From positions 288,001 to 352,000 of the forward strand of contig JAWBYA010000001.1 in assembly GCA_038867615.1 (NCBI GenBank): a stretch of 64,000 bases of DNA, given 5' to 3'. A program made the position numbers and the translations under genes. Numbering within the stretch: position 1 is the first letter of the stretch; every line of letters begins with the position of its first letter. Of the stretch, positions 39,725 through 49,715 are shown piece after piece. Below the pieces are notes generated by a model that saw only the letters and a program-made list of their open reading frames with translations, ran no database searches and was not told the DNA's origin. This DNA comes from Sulfolobales archaeon (GTDB lineage Archaea; Thermoproteota; Thermoprotei_A; Sulfolobales; AG1).

Positions 39725-41083
39725 TTAACTCCCATAGGTTCTTTTAACCTCATCTTTAAATCTTGCTGCATACTCGTCTATGATCTTATCGGGGTTCTCG
39801 CCTCTGATTACTACTCTCTGGATCATTTCGTTCCATATGAATCCTTCTCTGAAGAGCTCTGAGGGAACAGTCCTCTCACCAAGCGGGAAGGCTGCTGTCT
39901 CATGATACTTGATCTTCTCGATAGCAGCCGCGGGATCCTCTCCTAGGGCTGGCCACCTACCTTTCTTCCAAGCATCGCTGATCTTCTGCACCTGGGACTT
40001 GAAGATCGGCAGCCCGTATAGAGCGCCTGACTCGCTGAAACCTACTCTATAGTCGTCTTTATCCTTGAAGATGTAGTATACGAGATCCTTGGCAAGCTCG
40101 GGGTATTTCGTGTTCTTGAATATGAAGACGCTCTCATCGCCTAGATCAACGCTTACTGGTGGGAGGAATAGCTTGGTTTTTGCAGCTAGATCTGGTTTCT
40201 CATTCAGCAGCGCGTAGTATATGCTTAGCGGGTTTAGCGTCATAGCCACTCTTCCCTGGATGTAGGCTAGGTTGTTGGAAACATCAACCCATTCTGTGCT
40301 ATCTGGTGGTGTTAGCTTATCGTCTAGGAACCTCTTAACATAGTCGAATGCTTTCTTGAGGGCATCTCTATATGGTGGTTTATCTATTACAACACCATCG
40401 GAGGATCGGCTTGCTAGCATGCCTCCTCCGAAGTATGCCCACACGTGCTGGAACATCCACCAGGTGTCAAAACCATTGAGCCCGTAGGTCCAGCCTATTC
40501 CATAAACGCCGGGTTCTGTGTTGTTAAGCATCTTGGCAAGTGTGTAGAGATCCTCAAAGCTCTTGGGCGGTAGGTAAGCCTCTGCCTTAGCCTTGGACAC
40601 TAGATCCATTCTTACGTGAAGCCATGTTATCTCAAACATCATTGGTATGCAGTATATCTTGCCTGCGAATGTGCATGTCTTGAGCTTGATCTCATATATA
40701 TCATCCCTACCTAGCTTATCGACAACATCGTCAAGCGGTATTAGGAGGCCCTTCTCAGCAAATATAGCCACTGGGTGGCCGTTGATCACGATATCGGGCG
40801 GCGAGCCTGCCTCTACGGCTGCTATCAACTTCTTACCGATCTCTGCTACAGGTATCCAGGTGATCTCTACATCAACCCCATTCTCTGCGGCCCATTTCCT
40901 AACCTTCTGCTCGATCCAGTATAGCTGTGGAGGGACAAACGTAGCCCTACCCCAGATAACAAGCTTCGGTTTCTCAGGCTTTGGGGGAGCAGCGAGGTTG
41001 GTGAAAGCCAGGTAGGATCCCACTCCAACAGCTATTATGGCTATGATTATCACTGCGAGAATAACTCTCGAGAGTCCTCTAAT
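39725..41083 (-). CDS. Sugar ABC substrate-binding protein (probable class III signal peptide; probable ATT start)
   Basis: SBP body; extending from GTG 41053 to ATT 41083 gives (M)RG/LSRVILAVIIIAII behind a GAGGTGA SD. Confidence 0.85.
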   Translation of the reverse strand: MRGLSRVILAVIIIAIIAVGVGSYLAFTNLAAPPKPEKPKLVIWGRATFVPPQLYWIEQKVRKWAAENGVDVEITWIPVAEIGKKLIAAVEAGSPPDIVINGHPVAIFAEKGLLIPLDDVVDKLGRDDIYEIKLKTCTFAGKIYCIPMMFEITWLHVRMDLVSKAKAEAYLPPKSFEDLYTLAKMLNNTEPGVYGIGWTYGLNGFDTWWMFQHVWAYFGGGMLASRSSDGVVIDKPPYRDALKKAFDYVKRFLDDKLTPPDSTEWVDVSNNLAYIQGRVAMTLNPLSIYYALLNEKPDLAAKTKLFLPPVSVDLGDESVFIFKNTKYPELAKDLVYYIFKDKDDYRVGFSESGALYGLPIFKSQVQKISDAWKKGRWPALGEDPAAAIEKIKYHETAAFPLGERTVPSELFREGFIWNEMIQRVVIRGENPDKIIDEYAARFKDEVKRTYGS

Positions 41084-41180
41084 ACGGCATCACCTCACGA
41101 TCTAAGTTAAGTTAATCCTAATATGCATTACATATAACTTGTTAAGCGTTATCTTAATAAGTCCAATGAGATCCCAGTTA

Positions 41181-42299
41181 TTGGGGACGTGTATCTCAGA
41201 GGTAAGACTTGTAGGGGTTAGCAAGAGGTTTGGAAACGTTATGGCCGTGGATAACATAGATCTTGAGGTTAGGAAGGGAGAGTTCCTAGTCCTTTTGGGT
41301 CCTTCGGGATGTGGGAAGACAACTACATTGAGAATCATAGCTGGTCTTGAGAAGCCTGAAAAGGGCAGGGTATATATAGATGGGGTTGATGTAACAGATC
41401 TCCCGCCAAGGGATAGAAATATAGCCATGGTTTTTCAGAACTACGCATTATATCCCCACATGAAGGTATTTGACAACATAGCTTTTCCTCTTAAGCTGAA
41501 AAAACTACCCAAGGATGAGATTAAGAGGAGGGTTAAAGCTGTTGCCGAGATACTCAGGATCGAGGAACTCCTAGACAGATACCCAAGACAGCTCTCCGGT
41601 GGTCAGCAGCAGAGAGTGTCTTTGGCAAGAGCCCTTGTGAAAGAGCCCAAGGTGTTCCTCATGGACGAGCCTCTCTCTAACCTAGATGCGAAGTTAAGGC
41701 TATACATGAGGGTTGAGCTAAAGTCTCTGCAGAAGAAAACCGGGATAACAACGATATATGTGACGCATGACCAGGCTGAGGCTATGTCGATGGGCGACAG
41801 GCTTGCCGTCATGAATGCTGGTAAGATAATCCAGTTGGGATCTCCTGACGATGTTTACAACTCGCCGGAGGATATATTCGTAGCAGGGTTCCTGGGAAGC
41901 CCGCCGATGAACCTTATAGAGGCTAGTATCCATAGCCAGGGGTCTAGTGTCAGGATCGAGGCTGAAGGATTATCAATAGATCTTGGGGAGGGTCTCAAAA
42001 AACACCCAGGTCTCGCGGGGCTCTCAAAGATCATTGTCGGGATAAGGCCTGAGCGAATATCGCTCTCACGCACCAGGCTAGATACGTCGATAGGTAGGGG
42101 TGTGATCCACATAGTGGAGAGGCTGGGGGGAGATATTATCTATAATATAAAGATAGGGAGAGAGACTCTACTTAAGGTTAAGGCCTCGCCACAGCATCCC
42201 GAGCACAGCATGTTCAGGGAGAACGAAGAAGTATGGATTAATGCAAAGATAGAGGATATATACCTATATGATAGTAAAACGGGGAAGAGGATAGCGTAA
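41181..42299 (+). CDS. Sugar ABC transporter ATPase (MalK-like)
   Basis: GPSGCGKT, LSGGQQQR, DEPLSNLD, VTHDQ, C-terminal TOBE; start is TTG 41181 or ATC 41193. Confidence 0.95.
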   Translation: MGTCISEVRLVGVSKRFGNVMAVDNIDLEVRKGEFLVLLGPSGCGKTTTLRIIAGLEKPEKGRVYIDGVDVTDLPPRDRNIAMVFQNYALYPHMKVFDNIAFPLKLKKLPKDEIKRRVKAVAEILRIEELLDRYPRQLSGGQQQRVSLARALVKEPKVFLMDEPLSNLDAKLRLYMRVELKSLQKKTGITTIYVTHDQAEAMSMGDRLAVMNAGKIIQLGSPDDVYNSPEDIFVAGFLGSPPMNLIEASIHSQGSSVRIEAEGLSIDLGEGLKKHPGLAGLSKIIVGIRPERISLSRTRLDTSIGRGVIHIVERLGGDIIYNIKIGRETLLKVKASPQHPEHSMFRENEEVWINAKIEDIYLYDSKTGKRIA

Positions 42300-42385
42300 A
42301 GCGATATCCCCATAGAGATCTATAACCCTATAGTATGGCTTGGACGGGTTATCGAACTGTGCTTGTGCAGAACGCTGTACAGTTG

Positions 42386-43327
42386 CTAGAGGATCCGTTT
42401 GAGCTCTACGCTCACACCAGCATCGCTTAATATACTCTCAAGAATCTCTCTCAGCTTTCCCATCTCACTATCGCTAAGCCCCTTGATAGGTGGAACAGGA
42501 TTCCCTATACTCAGCCCTCTGAGCCTCAAGATCGCTTTAACTATAGATAAGCCCTCCACCTGGAACTCTCTGGCGAGACCCTTTATCCTCATAAGCAGCG
42601 ACTTATACTTGACAGCCTTCTCCATATCGCCCATCACTATGCTTTTATACATGAGATCACTGATCTCTGGAACTGCATTACATATACCACATATATGGGT
42701 GTCAGCCCTATATAGAAATGCTTCTAGCAATAAGGAATCACTAGCCGCAGCTATGTGGAGCTCTTTGCCGAACCCGGTTACAAGCTCCATGATCCTATCA
42801 GGCAATCCTGTGGAATCCTTTATACCGACTATATTGCTAACATCGGATAACATGCTCTTAAGCGTTGATGGCTGTATATCGACACCAACCCTGGCCGGGT
42901 TGTTATATATCATGATATTCACATCAAGACTCTCAAAGGCTTTATAATACCTTACTATTTCCCGAACCCCGGTCTTGTAATATAGGGGTGGGATTAGCGA
43001 TATATTCGCAACCCCTACGTCGAGGGAGTGTTTCGCTAGCTCTAAGCCCACCTCAAGGCTTGTTGAGGAGACATTGTTTATGATAACAGCCTTAGAGCCT
43101 GCATACTCTGCAACCTTCTCCACAAACCTTTTCCTCTTCTCATGGTGAAGGGATAAGCCCTCGCCATATGTTCCTAGGATGAAGAAGCCCACCACACCAT
43201 TTCCTAGCTGAAGGTCTATGAGCTCTCTCAAACCCTTCAGATCTAGATCACCGCTATCTGTAATAGGTGTTACAAGCGCTGTGACAATTCCTCTAAGGAG
43301 TCCTAGCCTATCCCTCCTAACCCCGAT
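42386..43327 (-). CDS. DHDPS/NAL-family aldolase (KDG aldolase-like)
   Basis: GIVTALVTP (upstream of the ORF-track start), GTYGEG, PPLYY, YNNP, GIKDS Schiff-base Lys; start uncertain. Confidence 0.88.
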   Translation of the reverse strand: MGVRRDRLGLLRGIVTALVTPITDSGDLDLKGLRELIDLQLGNGVVGFFILGTYGEGLSLHHEKRKRFVEKVAEYAGSKAVIINNVSSTSLEVGLELAKHSLDVGVANISLIPPLYYKTGVREIVRYYKAFESLDVNIMIYNNPARVGVDIQPSTLKSMLSDVSNIVGIKDSTGLPDRIMELVTGFGKELHIAAASDSLLLEAFLYRADTHICGICNAVPEISDLMYKSIVMGDMEKAVKYKSLLMRIKGLAREFQVEGLSIVKAILRLRGLSIGNPVPPIKGLSDSEMGKLREILESILSDAGVSVELKRIL

Positions 43328-43393
43328 GGCTAGCCACCTAGTATAAATGGAGAGGGGGTTTTAAAGCGGTCAATAGAATTAATTCTATATTTT

Positions 43394-44143
43394 CTATTTC
43401 CCGGCCCCTTGCTCGGTATAGTAGATGGTTTTGATCACGTCTGACACTATTTTTCTCAGGGCTTTTCTTATATGTATACTTATAGTAACCTTGGATCTAT
43501 CGAGCATAGAGCCTATATCGGTCTGCCTAGAGTTCTTGGGGTAGTTGAAATAACCACCCTCATAGGCTGTTTTAAGAACCTTCACCTCCTGCTCGGTAAG
43601 CCTGTCGGCTATAATGCTGAGGATAGAGCTTCCCAGGATGCTTTTTACAAGATCCTCGGGGTCTGATAGCTCGCGCCACGCAACATGCCCTATTCCGTAG
43701 TACTTCTCAACATTGTCGAGGTATCTATGGAGCATATCACGTCTACCGAGGACCAGATACTCCCTGGCACCCTTGTAAAAGATATATGGTGCTAGTAGAA
43801 CGACGCTGCTGTCTTCGATAAGTCCGAGGAACTCGCACCTGCTCTTCACACCATAGATCACCAGGATATCATCTATATAGCGATATCTAATCCTCTTGAT
43901 CTTGCTTCTCCTAACATACTTCTCACGTTTAACAATATCATCGATATACGCACCCACATCCTTCTCAGATGATAAGGCTAAGACGTAATAGTCGTCAGAA
44001 CCAAACACTCTATAGGTGCTTATAATAATTCTAGAATCGGAGAGCTCGCTTACCATTCCAAAGAAACTGTTATAGGGGCTGTTGATCTTCACCCTCACTA
44101 TACCTAGATCCTCTATATTAAGTCTAGGCCATGTGTTTTTCAA
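43394..44143 (-). CDS. HTH-10 (bacterio-opsin activator-type) transcriptional regulator
   Basis: LTEQEVKVLKTAYEGGYFNYPK...HIRKALRKI. Confidence 0.85.
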   Translation of the reverse strand: MKNTWPRLNIEDLGIVRVKINSPYNSFFGMVSELSDSRIIISTYRVFGSDDYYVLALSSEKDVGAYIDDIVKREKYVRRSKIKRIRYRYIDDILVIYGVKSRCEFLGLIEDSSVVLLAPYIFYKGAREYLVLGRRDMLHRYLDNVEKYYGIGHVAWRELSDPEDLVKSILGSSILSIIADRLTEQEVKVLKTAYEGGYFNYPKNSRQTDIGSMLDRSKVTISIHIRKALRKIVSDVIKTIYYTEQGAGK

Positions 44144-44424
44144 GCCCGCCCCAAATATTTCTCCCTCTATGGTTTAAATATATCGCATTATCCGATCCAA
44201 TAAAACACAGTGTCATATTAATTAATATATGGTTATTATTTTTTAAATGATATTATAGATCCCATAATGGATCACAGATCCGTTGCTATGGAATCTTTTA
44301 GAGAGCACTGTTTTACAGCGATCCCTATCGATCACGTCCCCATGCTTGGCGAGTCGCGCTGCATATTATATTGGCTCAACTAATACAAACACTCTATATA
44401 AATAGTTTCGGCTCTTTGTTTTTA

Positions 44425-45573
44425 CTAGTAGTAATCGCCTAAGATCCATATGTTTCCTATATGGATGTTCCTCAAACCGCCTTCTTTAGCGGCTTTTATA
44501 GCTTCCCTCATATGCCTCCAGCTAGTTGGTGGTAGGTCTTTCATGAGATGGTCTGGGTGGAATGCTAGAAGCACTAGTGGGGTTTCGGGGTTTAGCCTTG
44601 CGATGTATTCAGCGATACTCCTCACCTCGGATGCATCGACATATCCTGGGACGAGTAGTATGCTTATAACGAGCAGTGGTACCTCGGGTCTCTCTCTCCC
44701 AAGCTCTGAGACTATCTTTGTATTCTCCATAAGCCTCTCAATAGCCTTGTTACCATCAACCCCTGTTAATGCCTCATATATGCTCGGGGTCCAGGCCTTC
44801 CAATCGATCTTTACAATACCTCCTGAGACTAGGCTCAGCCTAGCCATCTCCCTCATTAGCAGGGGGTTTGCAAGGCCGTCGGTCTCCCAGCAGATCCTCT
44901 TTATAACCCCCTTCTCCAGGGATTTCTTAACAATATCCCTTGACGCTGCTATGAGCATGGGTAGGTGGGGCGTTGGGTCTCCTCCGAAGTAGCATATACA
45001 GGAAACCCTAGGATCCATGGATCTCTCGACAAGGTCTCCGATGCCTAGATTTCTCACCAAGCTCTTATCAATCTTCCCACCAGCAATCGCTGTTTTATGC
45101 TCCCAATTCTGGCAGAACGAGCAGTCTAGAGGACAGCCTGCCATGAATACTGCGAGATTATAGTACCCAACCTCAATATTTGGTGAGTAAGCATATTTAG
45201 GATACCCAGCCCCCGTGGATCCAGGGCATATATGGCCTGCAACACAGTTCGTGGGTATAGGGTCTAGATATATGTGTGTCAGCATTCTCATCAAACCTGC
45301 TAGGGGGCTTATCCTCCCACCCATATTGACCCATATACCGCAGAACCCCCTCTCCCCATCCCCCATAACACATTCATTGATACAGATACTGCACCGCAAA
45401 CCCCCCTCGGATCTTGGGGGCTTGGGGGGGAAGTCTATAGAGGATCTCCACCTACTCCTAAGACTCCTCACAATGCCTAAAGACTCCTCAGGATTTCTCC
45501 TGAGACAATCTATACAGACACCTACAGCCCTTGATACAAGCCCTTCTCTATTGCAGAGAAGACACTTGCCCAT
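44425..45573 (-). CDS. Radical SAM protein (PflA/AmmeMemoRadiSam-like) with N-terminal Cys clusters
   Basis: GCPLDCSFCQNW, FGGDP, N-terminal CxxC pairs, GNIW end. Confidence 0.88.
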   Translation of the reverse strand: MGKCLLCNREGLVSRAVGVCIDCLRRNPEESLGIVRSLRSRWRSSIDFPPKPPRSEGGLRCSICINECVMGDGERGFCGIWVNMGGRISPLAGLMRMLTHIYLDPIPTNCVAGHICPGSTGAGYPKYAYSPNIEVGYYNLAVFMAGCPLDCSFCQNWEHKTAIAGGKIDKSLVRNLGIGDLVERSMDPRVSCICYFGGDPTPHLPMLIAASRDIVKKSLEKGVIKRICWETDGLANPLLMREMARLSLVSGGIVKIDWKAWTPSIYEALTGVDGNKAIERLMENTKIVSELGRERPEVPLLVISILLVPGYVDASEVRSIAEYIARLNPETPLVLLAFHPDHLMKDLPPTSWRHMREAIKAAKEGGLRNIHIGNIWILGDYY

Positions 45574-45782
45574 AGCCTCTCAATTTTATAGATCCCCCCA
45601 GAAGATAATTAGATGTTATCCAAATACTCAGCATATCACCTAAACCAAGATCTCTTTGCCTTTTTGTAAAGGTTAGCACAGGCATGTTGGGTTTCTCAAA
45701 GGAGCGTGTAGGGGCTTTACACTGGTTTTAAGGTTTTTCATAGCCTAAAAATGAGGTTTATACTAAGGGCTAGGATTGTTGT

Positions 45783-46577
45783 CTAGATATGAGGGTTATT
45801 AAAAAGATCCGCGACTGCTAGTGATCTGCTTGGAGAGGGAGAGGATAGCATGTGATTGATAACTGTTGCCACGAACTCCCTGAATGTGCTGCTATTATGT
45901 ATGATTAATCTGAAACCCTTATCCTGGCACTGTAGGAGGGGTTCTGCAATTCTATCTGTCATTATATGGATCTCAATACCATTGTTCCTGGATATACCCT
46001 CTACCCCGCATAGGATCTTTGAGACTGTTTGTGACGCTACCATAACCCTCTTTATCCCCTTTTTTAGCATGTTCTCTAAAGCCATGACGCCTTCTCTGCT
46101 TATCCTGAGCTCGTATACCTCGATCCTTCGCACCCTCTCGGCATAGATCTCTTCAGGGATCTCGAGCCTGTCTGAGCTGAAAACAACTATCTCTCCCTTT
46201 CTATAGATCTCGCTGAGGATCTTGAGGAGAGTCTCTACCCTCTCTATAGGTGGTGAGAAGGCCTTGTAGCCGTGGTTTAAAAGTATAGATGCAGTACCCT
46301 CCCCGGTTGCTGCGATCATTACTCCTAGTTCGCGGAGCTTCTCAAGAAGATCCCTGCCTCTATGTGATGACATGAAGATCTTTGCTGAGCTCTTGCTCGA
46401 GAAGATCGCTGAAGATATGTTCATGGGATCTAGCGATGAGATCCTTTGATCGAGATCCTCGATAGGTGTTGGGACTATCACCTCGGCTAGGTGGAGGGAT
46501 ATGCCTTTAGATTCGAAGAAAGATCTCCATCTCTCCCAAGTATCCCTCGTACCAGCGAATACTATATCTTTTCCCAC
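45783..46577 (-). CDS. hemD: Uroporphyrinogen-III synthase
   Basis: IFSSKSS, ATGEGTA, VYE motifs; heme operon context. Confidence 0.7.
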   Translation of the reverse strand: MGKDIVFAGTRDTWERWRSFFESKGISLHLAEVIVPTPIEDLDQRISSLDPMNISSAIFSSKSSAKIFMSSHRGRDLLEKLRELGVMIAATGEGTASILLNHGYKAFSPPIERVETLLKILSEIYRKGEIVVFSSDRLEIPEEIYAERVRRIEVYELRISREGVMALENMLKKGIKRVMVASQTVSKILCGVEGISRNNGIEIHIMTDRIAEPLLQCQDKGFRLIIHNSSTFREFVATVINHMLSSPSPSRSLAVADLFNNPHI

Positions 46578-47536
46578 CTTTTCTCAGCCTCTCTATAGAG
46601 CTCTTCTATCTTGACAGCAATCGATCTATCCATGGGGGTTTTATCAGAAGCCCTGGCATATTCCTCCAACTCCTCCTCGGAAGTCGCTATAACGATCACT
46701 GAGGATGCCTGGATGCTTGAGAATATGAATCTGATCGCGTTCTGGGCCTCTGTAAAACCATCAACCAATAAATATGGCTTCATAAGCTCGTAGAGCTGGA
46801 ATGCTTTCCCAAACCACTCCCTATCCCTCAGGCTCCTATGATCCCTCAGCCTCTCTACATCGGCTATCGTGAGCCTACCGCCCAGAATACCGCCAGCGTG
46901 GGGAACCCTCACAAGGATACCAACATTCTTTTCACTAGCAATAGCGGCTATCTCCTTACCGGGTCTCTGCTCAAGTGCGTTATAGATGAACTGGATCACC
47001 TTAACCTCTCTGTGGGATAAGGCTTCGAGCGCCTCTCTAGCCACGTCTCTCTCTGGACCAAGGGCTACGCCCACGTGGAGGGCTAGGCCTTCCTCAACAA
47101 GTCTAGCCATAGTTCTATACAGCTCAGGGCTTCTCAATGCTTCGAGGGGCGGGTTATGGATCTGTATTATATCTATAGGCTTCTTACCAACCCTCTCGCA
47201 GGATTTTCTCGCAGCGAAGAGGAGGTACTCGGGATCATATCTCCTCAGGAACTTCTCGCCGGGTGAGTAGATGTCATAACCGATCTTAGTGGCTATAATG
47301 ATATCCTTTACACCTGGCCCGAAGGCTTTCTGCAGTATAGATTCTCCATAGCCCTTGCCGTAGACATCTGCTGTATCGAATAGATTGATCCCGAGATCCA
47401 GGGCTCTTCTAAGGATCCTAATGGCTTTATCGAGATCAACATCTCCATAGAGTCCTGTGAGGCTGTATACGCCGTAGGAGATCTCTGATACCTCTAATCC
47501 CGTGTTCCCTAGCCTCCTATACCTCATAGGAATCAC
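46562..47536 (-). CDS. Aldo/keto reductase
   Basis: LGNTGLEVSEI, FDTADVYG, IATKIG, QIHNP. Confidence 0.92.
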   Translation of the reverse strand: MIPMRYRRLGNTGLEVSEISYGVYSLTGLYGDVDLDKAIRILRRALDLGINLFDTADVYGKGYGESILQKAFGPGVKDIIIATKIGYDIYSPGEKFLRRYDPEYLLFAARKSCERVGKKPIDIIQIHNPPLEALRSPELYRTMARLVEEGLALHVGVALGPERDVAREALEALSHREVKVIQFIYNALEQRPGKEIAAIASEKNVGILVRVPHAGGILGGRLTIADVERLRDHRSLRDREWFGKAFQLYELMKPYLLVDGFTEAQNAIRFIFSSIQASSVIVIATSEEELEEYARASDKTPMDRSIAVKIEELYREAEKRWEKI

Positions 47537-48510
47537 TCGTTCGAATGGGTCCCTGGCTTTAGGTTCTCGACACTGTAGAGGATCCTGTAATCCTTATCCC
47601 CAATGATCCTTGAGGCTTTCTTTGCAACACCCTCTATCTTCTCCTCATCATCAGCGTGGGCCATGAAATAGGCCCTATGTTCCCACTCACCATTCAGGGG
47701 TACTCTATAGACGACATGGGTTGCCTCAGGTATCTCGTGGGCTATTCTCAGGCAATCCTCCTCAGACCCTTTGAGAACAACCATCCCATCCCTCACTATA
47801 CCAACCCTGCTACCCTCGAGGGTGGCTCCTATGTTTCTAAGAACCCTCTTCTTATAGAGCTCCCTTATCAATCCAACCAGCTCCTCCTCTTTATAACCAT
47901 ATTTAGCCGCAACCTCTCTATACGGTCTCTCGGTAACAGGTATCCATCTAGCGAGCTCTGAGAAGGGCTCTTTTCTCAAGCCAAGCTCCTCGAATGTAGG
48001 GATCTTCTCGGGGAGAACCTCTGGCTCTGACCACGAGACCCCTTTGTAGAGGTCGAACTTAACCGAGAGCTTATATGTTCTCTTGCCAAGGAGGACTAGG
48101 TATTCTTTGGAGCCCACGGTCTTTGCGATCTCTTCAACGCTTGCCATTAGATCCTCGATGCTTTTTCTCTTGATAACAAACCATATGTTATATACCTCGT
48201 GGTTTCTCACATAGTTATGGGTAACCTCGGGATCTTTCAGCAAGATCTTCCTAAGAGTCTCCTTAGCATCTGGATCCAGGATCTTTATGGCAACAAGAGC
48301 CGCCACCTTACCCGAAGCCTTGTAGTTTATGTTAAATCCTATCCTCTTTATCGTGAGATTAGACCTCAGAGCGTCGATCCTCTTCTTGAGATCCCCGAAG
48401 CCTATCCCAAGCCTCTCAGCGATCTCGGTATAGGGGGTTTCTGTTAATGGGAATCTGTATTGAAGCTCCATCAAGATCTTCTTATCAAGATCGCTTACCA
48501 TAGATCTCAC
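47533..48510 (-). CDS. ahbAB: Fused siroheme decarboxylase AhbA/AhbB (Lrp/AsnC-like)
   Basis: Two AsnC-like halves: FPLTETPY...THNYVR...YNIWF and ERPY...THVVYR...YFMAH. Confidence 0.82.
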   Translation of the reverse strand: MRSMVSDLDKKILMELQYRFPLTETPYTEIAERLGIGFGDLKKRIDALRSNLTIKRIGFNINYKASGKVAALVAIKILDPDAKETLRKILLKDPEVTHNYVRNHEVYNIWFVIKRKSIEDLMASVEEIAKTVGSKEYLVLLGKRTYKLSVKFDLYKGVSWSEPEVLPEKIPTFEELGLRKEPFSELARWIPVTERPYREVAAKYGYKEEELVGLIRELYKKRVLRNIGATLEGSRVGIVRDGMVVLKGSEEDCLRIAHEIPEATHVVYRVPLNGEWEHRAYFMAHADDEEKIEGVAKKASRIIGDKDYRILYSVENLKPGTHSNE

Positions 48511-49715
48511 CCACCTGTAAAAGATCTTCTGGCTATCCGATCCTCAACAAGGGATGCTAAGGCGCCGAGGGCCTTGTTTAGGATCGAGCTGGTAACGAGA
48601 TCTAGAACCTCCCTCTGCCTCTGATCAAGCTTAAAGGCTGAGACAGCCCTCTCCACCTCCCCCCTCCTTATGTTCTCCAGAAGCCTGGCGTAGTTATCAA
48701 GCCCAAGCCTTATGTTCTCCAGAACAAGCCTGGCTTCAAGCCTCCTGAGGTGGGGCTGGATAATTTTATCAAGATCCTCGAGCCTCTCATAGAGATCCGG
48801 CAGAATCTTTCTCGAGAAAACCTCCAGATCCTCTAGCCATATATACCTATCACCAAGAAGGTCTCTTGCGCCTGGATCTACATTCCTCGGGTTACCGAGA
48901 TCTATAAATATCACGTCCTTACTCGCCTCTATATCCTCTATACCAACTACAGGGTCTCTGGCTGATGTTGCTAGGAACACAAGATCGCTTCCATTGGTCG
49001 CCTTGGAGGTCTCATTGATCAAATATGCTTTTCCGCTTGGGAAGATCCTGGCTATTGCTTCTGCGCTTTGATAAGATCTCCCGGCTATCGAGGCGGTGCT
49101 GACCCCCTCGTTTCTCAACATGTTTGCGATCCTTCTAGCAACCTCCCCTGTACCAATGATAGCAGCCTTTTTACTAGAGAGACTACCAAGGATATCCCTA
49201 GCAGCCATTACAGCGACCTCCGGAATCCCTATGGAGCCGTCGATGGCAAGGGATCTTCTAATATCGATCGAAGCCTCTATAGCATCTCTAAAGACGGCGT
49301 TGAGATGCTTATCCAAAGACCCCTCTGAGAGTGCTTTTGATATAGAGACCCTGGCCTGGTTTACTATGTCGATCTCGAAGGGTGCTAGGGACTCGGCTCC
49401 TGAGAGTACTTTGAGCATGTGGTTCAAAAGATCTCTATCGCTATAGATCTTAGGATCTATCGATGCGAGATCCCTAATACCTCTTCGAAGATCTATTAAT
49501 AGATCGTCGAGTCTTTCTTCAGAACCGCTCAAATAGATCTCGTATCTGCTGCAGGTTTCGAGGATAAGATAACCAAAGCCCGGGGAGCCTGATCTCTCCC
49601 TCTTCAAGAGGCCGAGGATCTTGGTATCGGTTCTCTTAACACTCTCAACATCTTGGTATCCATGCTCTTTATTATTGATCGCTATTGCGGCAACCCTTAG
49701 ATCCATGTGCCTCAC
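48507..49715 (-). CDS. hemA: Glutamyl-tRNA reductase
   Basis: ETCSRYE catalytic Cys, GTGEVA NADPH site, DLGNPRNVD. Confidence 0.88.
   Translation of the reverse strand: MRHMDLRVAAIAINNKEHGYQDVESVKRTDTKILGLLKRERSGSPGFGYLILETCSRYEIYLSGSEERLDDLLIDLRRGIRDLASIDPKIYSDRDLLNHMLKVLSGAESLAPFEIDIVNQARVSISKALSEGSLDKHLNAVFRDAIEASIDIRRSLAIDGSIGIPEVAVMAARDILGSLSSKKAAIIGTGEVARRIANMLRNEGVSTASIAGRSYQSAEAIARIFPSGKAYLINETSKATNGSDLVFLATSARDPVVGIEDIEASKDVIFIDLGNPRNVDPGARDLLGDRYIWLEDLEVFSRKILPDLYERLEDLDKIIQPHLRRLEARLVLENIRLGLDNYARLLENIRRGEVERAVSAFKLDQRQREVLDLVTSSILNKALGALASLVEDRIARRSFTGG

Noticed and set aside
44425-45573. Radical SAM gene as AhbC/AhbD of the heme operon
   Set aside because: It lacks a C-terminal SPASM Cys motif, has PflA/AmmeMemo-type motifs, and is separated from hemD by about 210 bp.
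45690-45750. Possible further copy of the IS605-like end (GCTATGAAA...AAAACC..TGTAAA on the minus strand)
   Set aside because: Similarity is short and AT-rich, and the TATCAACCG hairpin is absent.
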